In this document: in pieces, positions 57,007-64,000 of the stretch
Layout of the letters: every line of letters starts with the position of its first letter
Numbering within the stretch: position 1 is the first letter of the stretch
Assembly (NCBI GenBank): GCA_017552325.1
Contig: JAFZQE010000037.1
Location: forward strand, 4,926 to 68,925
DNA from: Oscillospiraceae bacterium
GTDB lineage: Bacteria; Bacillota; Clostridia; Oscillospirales; Oscillospiraceae
Length of the DNA stretch: 64,000 nucleotides
Direction: 5' to 3'
Notes under the pieces: generated by a model
Databases searched by the model: none
What the model was told of the DNA's origin: nothing
The model's input: only the letters and a program-made list of their open reading frames with translations
Program-made: the position numbers and the translations under genes

Positions 57007-58077
57007 ATGTTTGAAAAGCTGAAACTGATCACAAATCAATACGAGGAGCGCCTTCAGCGGCTGGAGATGCCGGAGACCTACTCCGACCCGGCGCTGTACG
57101 CGAGGATCGACCGCGAGGCGCGGGAGCTTGCGCCGCTGGTCGAGACCTATCGCGCTTTCCTCGCCTCGGACGGGGACATGAAGACGGCGCTGGAGCTGAT
57201 GAACGACCCGGAGCTGCGCGACTTCGCGCAGGAGGAGTACGCCGAAGCGAAGGACAGGAAAGAGGAGCTGGAAAAGCGGCTGAAGATCCTCCTGCTGCCG
57301 AAGGACCCGAACGACAGCAAAAACGTCATCATGGAGATCCGCGGCGGCGTCGGGGGAGAGGAGAGCTCGCTCTTCGCGGCCGACCTCTACCGGATGTACA
57401 GCATGTACGTCGAGCGCAGGGGCTGGAAGCTGGACGTCGTCAATGTCAGCGAGACCGAGCTCGGCGGCTTCAAGGAGATCAGCCTCATCATCGAGGGCGA
57501 GGGCGCCTGGTCGCGCCTCAAGTTCGAGGCCGGCGGGCACCGCGTCCAGCGTGTGCCGGTCACCGAGTCCGGCGGCCGCATCCACACCTCCGCCGCGACG
57601 GTCGCCGTCCTGCCGGAAGCGGGCGAGCTGGACTTCAGGCTTGATATGAACGATCTGAAGATCGACACATACCGCTCCTCCGGCGCGGGCGGCCAGCACG
57701 TCAACAAGACGGAGAGCGCGATCCGCATCACGCACCTGCCGACCGGGACGGTCGTCGAATGCCAGGACGAGCGCAGCCAGTACAAAAACAAGGACCGCGC
57801 CCTGCAGATCATGCGCTCGAAGCTCTATGAGGCCGAGCAGGAGAAGCAGCGCGCCGCCGTCGCCGCTGAGCGGAAGAGCCAGATCGGCTCCGGCGACCGC
57901 AGCGACCGCGTAAGAACCTATAACTTCCCGCAGAACCGCGTGACCGATCACCGGCTGACGGGCGACAGCAAGAATTTCAACCTCTCGTCTGTCATCAACG
58001 GCGACCTGGACGAGCTGATCGACGCCTTGGTCACGGCCGACCAGGCGGAAAAGCTGAAGGCGCAGCAGGAGCTATGA
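57007..58077 (+). CDS. prfA: Peptide chain release factor 1
   Basis: GGQHVN (GGQ motif) and RVQRVPVTES (PxT region). Confidence 0.95.
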   Translation: MFEKLKLITNQYEERLQRLEMPETYSDPALYARIDREARELAPLVETYRAFLASDGDMKTALELMNDPELRDFAQEEYAEAKDRKEELEKRLKILLLPKDPNDSKNVIMEIRGGVGGEESSLFAADLYRMYSMYVERRGWKLDVVNVSETELGGFKEISLIIEGEGAWSRLKFEAGGHRVQRVPVTESGGRIHTSAATVAVLPEAGELDFRLDMNDLKIDTYRSSGAGGQHVNKTESAIRITHLPTGTVVECQDERSQYKNKDRALQIMRSKLYEAEQEKQRAAVAAERKSQIGSGDRSDRVRTYNFPQNRVTDHRLTGDSKNFNLSSVINGDLDELIDALVTADQAEKLKAQQEL

Positions 58078-59282
58078 AAACTGTCATTATCACCGATCCG
58101 CGCGAGGCAGCCCATATCCTGCGCCGCGGCGGGCTGCTCGCCGTCCCGACCGAGACGGTCTACGGCCTCGCGGCAAACGGCCTCGACGCCGCGGCGGTCG
58201 AAGAGATCTATGAAGTCAAGGGCCGTCCGGCAGTAAAACCCCTGTCCCTGATGCTGCCCGGCCCGGAAGCGACAGCGCAGTATGCCGGTGAGGTCCCCGA
58301 AGCGGCCAAGGCCCTGGCCGAGGCCTTCTGGCCCGGCCCGCTGACGCTTGTTTTAAAGGCAAAGGACACGATCCCGGACGTCGTCCGCGCAGGCGGCGAC
58401 ACGATCGGCCTGCGCTGCCCGGATCATCCGCTGACGCTCGAACTGCTGCGGGAGATCGGCTTCCCGCTGGCCGCGCCCTCGGCCAACCCCTCGGGCCTGC
58501 CGAGCCCGAAAAGCGCAGAGGAGGTGCTTTCTTACTTCGACGGCCGGATCGACGGCGTGCTCGACGGCGGCCCCTGCGGTCTCGGCACCGAGTCGACGAT
58601 CCTCGACCTGTCGAAAAAACCCTACCGCATCCTGCGCCGCGGCGCGCTCCCGGAGGAGGCGGTCGCGGACGCGCTCGTCGAGCGGATGACCGTCTTCGGC
58701 ATCACCGGCGGCAGCGGCAGCGGAAAGACCACGGCGCTGCGCGTGCTGCGCGGGCTCGGCGCGCTGGTGATCGACGCGGACGCCGTCTATCACGGGCTGC
58801 TGCGAAGCGACGAGAGCCTTATGAACGCGATCTCCGCGCGTTTTCCCGGGACGGTGCGCGAACACACGCTGGACAGAAAAGCCCTGGCAGCGGCCGTATT
58901 TTCCGATCCCGAGGCCCTTTCCGACCTCAACGCGATCACGCACCCGGCGGTCATCACCGAGACGAAACGCCGTCTGCGCGAGCACGCGATGGCGGGCGGG
59001 GAGCTCGCCGCAATCGACGCGATCGCCCTTCTCGGCAGCGGGCTGGAAAAACTCTGCGACAGGACCTACGCCGTCGTCGCCGACCGCGAGGCGAGAGTGT
59101 CGCGCATCATGGCGCGCGACGGGATCTCGCGCGAGGCCGCGCTCCGGCGCATCGAGGCCCAGCGGCCGGACGATTATTTTATCGAAAACTGCAGCGCCGT
59201 GCTGCATAACGACAGCAGCGAATCCGCATTTGAATCACTGTGTAAAACCATTTTTAAGGAGGATTTGACATGGACGAACTGA
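58074..59282 (+). CDS. Fusion protein: L-threonylcarbamoyladenylate synthase (TsaC/YrdC domain) plus dephospho-CoA kinase (CoaE domain)
   Basis: aa 1-200: VPTETVYGLAAN, EVKGRP and SANPSG. aa 205-395: MTVFGITGGSGSGKTT P-loop, VIDADAVYH and ITHPAV. Confidence 0.8.
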   Translation: MKTVIITDPREAAHILRRGGLLAVPTETVYGLAANGLDAAAVEEIYEVKGRPAVKPLSLMLPGPEATAQYAGEVPEAAKALAEAFWPGPLTLVLKAKDTIPDVVRAGGDTIGLRCPDHPLTLELLREIGFPLAAPSANPSGLPSPKSAEEVLSYFDGRIDGVLDGGPCGLGTESTILDLSKKPYRILRRGALPEEAVADALVERMTVFGITGGSGSGKTTALRVLRGLGALVIDADAVYHGLLRSDESLMNAISARFPGTVREHTLDRKALAAAVFSDPEALSDLNAITHPAVITETKRRLREHAMAGGELAAIDAIALLGSGLEKLCDRTYAVVADREARVSRIMARDGISREAALRRIEAQRPDDYFIENCSAVLHNDSSESAFESLCKTIFKEDLTWTN

Positions 59283-60649
59283 AAAGCAAGCTTTTCTATG
59301 AGCAGAAGAACGGCTACGATCTGATCGGTACCGAGGAGCGCCTGGCGGTCGAAGAGTACTGCAGGGGCTACATGGACTATCTCAACCGCTCCCGCATGGA
59401 GCGCGAGGCCGTCGCGAACGCGATCGCGCTGGCTGAGGAGAACGGCTTCGTCGAATATCGCTTCGGCATGGAGCTCAGGCCCGGTGCGAAGATCTATCAC
59501 AACAATCGCGGCAAGGCGCTGATCCTCGCCGTCATCGGCAAGAAGAGCCTCGCCGAGGGCGCGGTCATCGCCGGCGCGCACGTCGACTCCCCGCGCATCG
59601 ACCTCAAGCAGGTGACGATGTACGAGCAGGACGAGATGTGCTACTTCAAGACGCATTACTACGGCGGCATCAAGAAGTACCAGTGGATCACGATCCCGCT
59701 CGAGCTGCACGGCGCCGTCGCGCTGAAAAACGGCGAGGTCGTCGACGTGGTGATCGGACGCGAGCCGGACGAGCCGAAGTTCGTCATCACCGACCTCCTG
59801 CCTCATCTGGCTAAGGATCAGATGCAGAAGACCCTGGCCGAGGGCTTCACCGGCGAGGGCCTGAACATCCTGATCGGCTCCGCGCCCTACGCCGACGAGG
59901 GCAAGGACCGCGTGAAGCTCGCCGTCATGAGCCTTCTCAACGACATGTACGGCATCACCGAGGAGGACTTCCTCTCCGCCGAGCTCTCCGCCGTCCCGGC
60001 CTACGACGTCTGCGAGATCGGCCTCGACCGCTCGCTGATCGGCGGCTACGGCCAGGACGACCGCGTCTGCGCCTATGCCGAGCTGAAGGCCCTCTTTGAG
60101 ATGAATGAGCCCGAGCGCACCTGCGTCTGCATCCTCGCCGACAAGGAGGAGACCGGCTCCGACGGCGTGAGCGGCATGCAGAGCGCCGCCTTCGACTGCT
60201 TCATGAAGGATCTCTGCGAGACCCAGGGCGTCGCGATGCGGCACTGCTACGCGAAGAGCTTCTGCGTCTCCGCCGACGTCAGCAACGCCTTCGACCCGCT
60301 CTATCCCGAGGTCTCCGAGAAGCGCAGCGACGCGAAGATCAACTACGGCGTTTCGATCTGCAAGTTCACCGGCGCGCGCGGCAAGGGCGGCACCAGCGAC
60401 GCGAGCGCGGAGCTCGTGGCTTATCTGCGCCGCATCTTCGCTGAAAACGGGGTCGTCTGGCAGATGGCCGAGCTCGGCAAGGTCGACCAGGGCGGCGGCG
60501 GCACGATCGCCAAATACATGGCCAACCGCAACATCGACACCATCGACGCCGGCACGCCGGTGCTGAGCATGCACGCCCCCTTCGAGGTTACTTCCAAGTT
60601 CGACTGCTACATGACCTACAAGGCCGTCCTGACGGCGTACAGAGGCTGA
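59270..60649 (+). CDS. M18-family aminopeptidase
   Basis: AHVDSPRIDLK, GQDDRVCAY and the C-terminal SMHAPFE block. Confidence 0.8.
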   Translation: MDELKSKLFYEQKNGYDLIGTEERLAVEEYCRGYMDYLNRSRMEREAVANAIALAEENGFVEYRFGMELRPGAKIYHNNRGKALILAVIGKKSLAEGAVIAGAHVDSPRIDLKQVTMYEQDEMCYFKTHYYGGIKKYQWITIPLELHGAVALKNGEVVDVVIGREPDEPKFVITDLLPHLAKDQMQKTLAEGFTGEGLNILIGSAPYADEGKDRVKLAVMSLLNDMYGITEEDFLSAELSAVPAYDVCEIGLDRSLIGGYGQDDRVCAYAELKALFEMNEPERTCVCILADKEETGSDGVSGMQSAAFDCFMKDLCETQGVAMRHCYAKSFCVSADVSNAFDPLYPEVSEKRSDAKINYGVSICKFTGARGKGGTSDASAELVAYLRRIFAENGVVWQMAELGKVDQGGGGTIAKYMANRNIDTIDAGTPVLSMHAPFEVTSKFDCYMTYKAVLTAYRG

Positions 60650-60667
60650 TTTTTTCCTTATGAAACG

Positions 60668-60703
60668 AACGCCTCCCGGTTATACTGACCGGGAGGTGTT
60701 TTT
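60668..60703 (+). terminator. Hairpin plus T5 terminator whose 3' arm contains the RBS of the next gene
   Basis: AACGCCTCCCGG (60668-60679) pairs with CCGGGAGGTGTT (60689-60700), followed by TTTTT and then ATG 60704. Confidence 0.65.
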
Positions 60704-61336
60704 ATGGACGAGATCAAGGAGCTCGGCGCGAAGCGGGCCGGGAACATTCACTGTCTGACCATCGTCGGACAGATCGAAGGTCACCAGCTCCTGCCCGAGG
60801 ATACCAAAACGACCAAATACGAGCACGTCCTGCCGCTGATCGCCGCGATCGAGGAATCGGAGGAGGTGCAGGGCCTGCTGATCCTGCTCAACACGATGGG
60901 CGGCGACGTGGAGGCCGGCCTTGCCATCGCGGAGCTGATCGCCGGGATGAAAAAGCCGAACGTCTCTCTCGTGCTCGGCGGCGGGCACTCGATCGGCGTG
61001 CCGCTCGCGGTGGCGGCGCAGCGCAGCATGATCGCGCCCTCGGCCGCGATGACGATCCATCCCGTGCGGCTCAACGGCGTCGTCATCGGCGTGCCGCAGA
61101 CCTACAACTACTTCAGCCGCATCCAGGACCGCATCGTGCGCTTTGTCACCGAACACTCGCACATCTCCCGCGAGGAGTATCTGCGCCTGATGACGAACAC
61201 GGACGAGCTCGCCAACGACGTCGGGAGCGTCATCTACGGCGAGGAGGCGGTGGGGAAGGGGCTCATCGACCGCATCGGCACGCTGACCGACGCGCTGGAC
61301 GACCTGCACCAAAGGATCGGCGGGCAGGAGGCGTAA
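60704..61336 (+). CDS. ClpP-fold serine protease-like protein (TepA/SDH family)
   Basis: IVGQIEGH...LNTMGGDVEAGLAIAELI...GGGHSIG pattern. Confidence 0.7.
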   Translation: MDEIKELGAKRAGNIHCLTIVGQIEGHQLLPEDTKTTKYEHVLPLIAAIEESEEVQGLLILLNTMGGDVEAGLAIAELIAGMKKPNVSLVLGGGHSIGVPLAVAAQRSMIAPSAAMTIHPVRLNGVVIGVPQTYNYFSRIQDRIVRFVTEHSHISREEYLRLMTNTDELANDVGSVIYGEEAVGKGLIDRIGTLTDALDDLHQRIGGQEA

Positions 61337-61410
61337 TAGGCACGGTTTTTCTTGATTTCTCCGCGTCGATGGGGTATACTTGCACAGAAATCCCTGCTTC
61401 GGAGGAAATC

Positions 61411-61914
61411 ATGGAACAGATCCCCTATGAGATCGAACGCAAGTTTCTGATCCGCTATCCCGATATGGCCTGGCTCGAGGCGCACGCCGAGCCCTCGCGC
61501 ATCGAGCAGACCTACCTGCTCAGCCCCGAGGGCTCGACCGACCGCGTCCGCAGCCGCGAGACCGGCGGCCGCACCGTCTATACGCACACGGTCAAGCAGC
61601 GCCTGACCGCGATCCGCCGCATCGAGATCGAAAACGAGATCTCCCGCGGGGAATACGAAACGCTGCTCAGGCGGGCCGACCCGGATATGAACAGCATCCG
61701 AAAGGTGCGCTGGTGTCTGCGCGAAAACGGCTTTCTCTACGAGATCGACGTCTTTCCGTTCTGGACGGACCGCGCCTTTCTCGAGATCGAGCTGACGGAC
61801 GAGGGGCAGAGCTTCCCCTGGCCGGAGCACATCGAACTGATCCGCGAGGTGACGGACGACCGCAGATACACGAACGCGGCGCTCGCCCTCGAGGTGCCCT
61901 ACGATGAAATATAG
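61411..61914 (+). CDS. CYTH-domain protein (triphosphate tunnel metalloenzyme)
   Basis: N-terminal EIERKFL (ExExK). ATG 61411 follows GGAGGAAATC. Confidence 0.8.
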   Translation: MEQIPYEIERKFLIRYPDMAWLEAHAEPSRIEQTYLLSPEGSTDRVRSRETGGRTVYTHTVKQRLTAIRRIEIENEISRGEYETLLRRADPDMNSIRKVRWCLRENGFLYEIDVFPFWTDRAFLEIELTDEGQSFPWPEHIELIREVTDDRRYTNAALALEVPYDEI

Positions 61915-61929
61915 AAAGAGGATGAAACG

Positions 61930-63222
61930 ATGAAAAAGACGATAGCGCTGCTTCTGGCGCTCTGCGCGCTCCTTTGCCTGAGCGCCTGCGGCGCGGAGGA
62001 AACGCCCGCGGCCACGACCGTGACGGAAGCGCCGGCTTCCGCCGCGGCGACGCCGGAACCCGAACCCCTGCTGACCGAGCCGGACCCGCAGATCGTGCAG
62101 ACGCTCGGCGCGCCGGTGATCCTGAACGTGATGAATCAGATCGAGACCTGGTACGCGCCGGACGATTCCGGAAAGCTGATCCTGAGCTTCGGCGGCGACG
62201 TTGTGAAGGTCGTCCTGGACGACCGCGGCGCGGCCGAGAAGATCAATCAGTTCCTCGCCATGCGCGACGAGATGTTCTATTCCGGCAGCGGCAACGGCGA
62301 CGGTCTGAACGAGCTGCTGGAGCTCGCCACCGACATCTATACGATGTCCGCCGAGATCGGCACCTCGCTGAACACCGAGTGCTCCAGCACCCGCTCCGCC
62401 TACATCGAGCGCGGCGACGGCCGCGTGATCTCGATCCGCTACCGCGTCAACACCTATACCGGCGGCGCGCACGGAAACTTCGGCGACACGGCCTACGTCT
62501 TCGACACGGCGAGCGGCAGGCTGCTGACGCTGGACGATCTGACGGACGACCGCGCGGCGCTGGAAAATGCGCTGCTCACGAAGATGACGGAGCTGATCGA
62601 GACCGACGTCCGCTATCAGCCGATCCAGGATTACATTTTCTCCTTCTACCCGGATCAGGTGCTCTCCGAAGCCCTGAAGGGGCTGATCCGCGAGGGAAGC
62701 TGGCTGCTCGGCGAGGAGGGGATCGTCGTCTTCTCCCAGCCCTATGAGATCAGCAGCTACGCCGACGGCAGCATCCGCTTCACGCTGCGCTACGACGAGC
62801 TGGACGGCATTCTGAAGGAGGAGTGGCTGCCCCTCGAGCGTCCGGAGGACGGGAGCCTGTTCATCAGCGGCATCGACGGCGGCGCGAGCGCGGCGGTCAG
62901 CCTGCTCGACAAGGTGTCGACCGCGGCGGACGGCGAGGAATTCCGCCTCTTCGCTCAGGGCACGGTCTACGACGTCTCGATCGATTCCGTCGTGTACATC
63001 AGCGACCACGTCGGCTTTTATCAGACCGACACGCACTGGTACTGCAGCTATCTGTCGAACGCCGGCGTCCAGGTGCAGACCCGCATCCCCGAGGGCATGC
63101 CCGATCTGATGATCCGCTACCTCGACGCGGAGGGCAATGTCCACAGCTTCCTCATCACCCAGAGCGGCGAGGACGGCTCCGTGATCCTTCTCGAGGAGGA
63201 GCATATCGAACCCGTCGGCTGA
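61930..63222 (+). CDS. Lipoprotein with DUF3298/DUF4163-type (RsiV/PdaC-like) domain
   Basis: Lipobox LSAC. YRVNTYTGGAHGNFGDTAYVFD signature. Confidence 0.75.
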   Translation: MKKTIALLLALCALLCLSACGAEETPAATTVTEAPASAAATPEPEPLLTEPDPQIVQTLGAPVILNVMNQIETWYAPDDSGKLILSFGGDVVKVVLDDRGAAEKINQFLAMRDEMFYSGSGNGDGLNELLELATDIYTMSAEIGTSLNTECSSTRSAYIERGDGRVISIRYRVNTYTGGAHGNFGDTAYVFDTASGRLLTLDDLTDDRAALENALLTKMTELIETDVRYQPIQDYIFSFYPDQVLSEALKGLIREGSWLLGEEGIVVFSQPYEISSYADGSIRFTLRYDELDGILKEEWLPLERPEDGSLFISGIDGGASAAVSLLDKVSTAADGEEFRLFAQGTVYDVSIDSVVYISDHVGFYQTDTHWYCSYLSNAGVQVQTRIPEGMPDLMIRYLDAEGNVHSFLITQSGEDGSVILLEEEHIEPVG

Positions 63223-63240
63223 TCTGAAAACGCTTCAAAA

Positions 63241-63276
63241 CAGCCTGAGAGCGGCCGTACGGCGCTTCTCAGGCTG
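63241..63276 (+). terminator. Candidate terminator hairpin (weak U-tract)
   Basis: CAGCCTGAGA (63241-63250) pairs with TCTCAGGCTG (63267-63276). Confidence 0.4.
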
Positions 63277-63311
63277 TTGCGCATGCCATGTTGAAGAATG
63301 GAGAGAAAAAA

Positions 63312-64000
63312 ATGATTTTTCAGACATACAGAGATTCCGATTACGACGCGGTCTGCGGGTTCCTGATCGAACTGAACCGGGAACAACAGGCGCACATCAA
63401 CTGGAACTGGGCCAGATTCGAGTGGATGGCCGAGCACCCGTACTTTGACAGGGGATTGCGGGGATCCATCGGCCTTTGGCGGGATCGCGACCGGGTCGTC
63501 GGCGCGGCGATCTATGACATGTACTTCGGGGAGGCCTTCTGCGGCGCGCTGCCCGCTTACGCTTCGCTCTATCCGGAGATCCTGGACTATGCGTACCGCG
63601 TTCTGAAGGACAGCGAGGGGCTTGCCGTATCGATCGGTGAGGAGAATGCCGGGGAGATCGAAGCGGCCGAGCGTGCGGGCTTTGTCAGGACGGAGCAGCA
63701 GGAGACCGTCATGAGATGTGAACTGGATCGTCCGTTTCCCGTTTCTCTCCCGGACGGCTTTACTCTGAAAGAGCTCGACCCCTACCACGGAGGGGCCTAC
63801 GAGCTGCAGTGGCTGTTCTGGCAGGGCTTCGACCACGGGGATGACAGAGCGGCCTTTGAAGAGGATTACGAAAGGACCATGAACAGCGGCCTCGGGATCC
63901 GTCCGCATTTCAGGCCGGGTCTCAGCGTCGCGGCACACGCGCCGGACGGAGAGGCGGCCGCCTATGCCTGCCTGTGGTACGACGAGAGGACGGACTACGC
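63312..64000 (+). CDS. GNAT-family N-acetyltransferase-like protein; 3' end lies outside the window and it is not in the ORF track
   Basis: I translated it by hand from ATG 63312 (RBS GGAGAG): MIFQTYRDSDYDAVCGFLIELNREQQAHINWNWARFEWM... It stays open to the window end. The antisense track ORF 63117-63938 is rejected. Confidence 0.6.
   Translation, partial: MIFQTYRDSDYDAVCGFLIELNREQQAHINWNWARFEWMAEHPYFDRGLRGSIGLWRDRDRVVGAAIYDMYFGEAFCGALPAYASLYPEILDYAYRVLKDSEGLAVSIGEENAGEIEAAERAGFVRTEQQETVMRCELDRPFPVSLPDGFTLKELDPYHGGAYELQWLFWQGFDHGDDRAAFEEDYERTMNSGLGIRPHFRPGLSVAAHAPDGEAAAYACLWYDERTDY

Overview
High-GC (single 60-nt lines I counted gave about 68% GC in core genes and 38% in two AT-rich islets) chromosomal window. 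Its gene content looks like a spore-forming Clostridia genome, probably Oscillospiraceae-like; this taxonomy is inference from gene content only. Almost all of it is core housekeeping. In order: a cell-envelope block (CapD-like dehydratase, micro sortase substrate, class B sortase, LCP transferase); a ParE/ParC-like type IIA topoisomerase pair; YitT; a transglutaminase-like lipoprotein; tRNA-Gly and tRNA-Leu around an AT-rich islet; a split histidine-utilisation cluster (hutH, hutU, hutI, glutamate formimidoyltransferase, cyclodeaminase); HAD hydrolase, esterase, alr and a C26 amidotransferase; PFOR (nifJ); a secreted LRR plus Ig-repeat protein; a radical-SAM pair; rplS-lepB-rbgA-rnhB-yraN; tig-clpP-clpX-lon-engB; an M50 protease; scpA-scpB; ytfI/ytfJ; a D-Ala-D-Ala carboxypeptidase; rluB; a BaiN-like flavoprotein; cmk; an ispH-S1 fusion; ackA; tmcAL; prfA; a TsaC-CoaE fusion; and an M18 aminopeptidase. 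No CRISPR array, rRNA, integrase, transposase or recognisable defence system was seen. The long ORFs antisense to these genes are GC-driven artefacts. The most unusual signals are: (1) a 70-aa sortase substrate that would leave only a ~19-aa wall-linked stub, in a cassette with SrtB and an LCP enzyme; (2) heptamer-periodic NAG/UAG triplet arrays at three intergenic sites, matching the (UAG-N4)3 geometry reported for HutP-type RNA-binding antiterminators; (3) a ~278-nt element bounded by 27-nt inverted repeats in a ~375-nt leader upstream of rplS; (4) a ~200-nt array of seven hairpins between hutU and hutI; (5) an apparently leaderless hutH. All coordinates were calibrated against the supplied ORF track. 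Family assignments come from motifs I recognised by eye, not from database searches.
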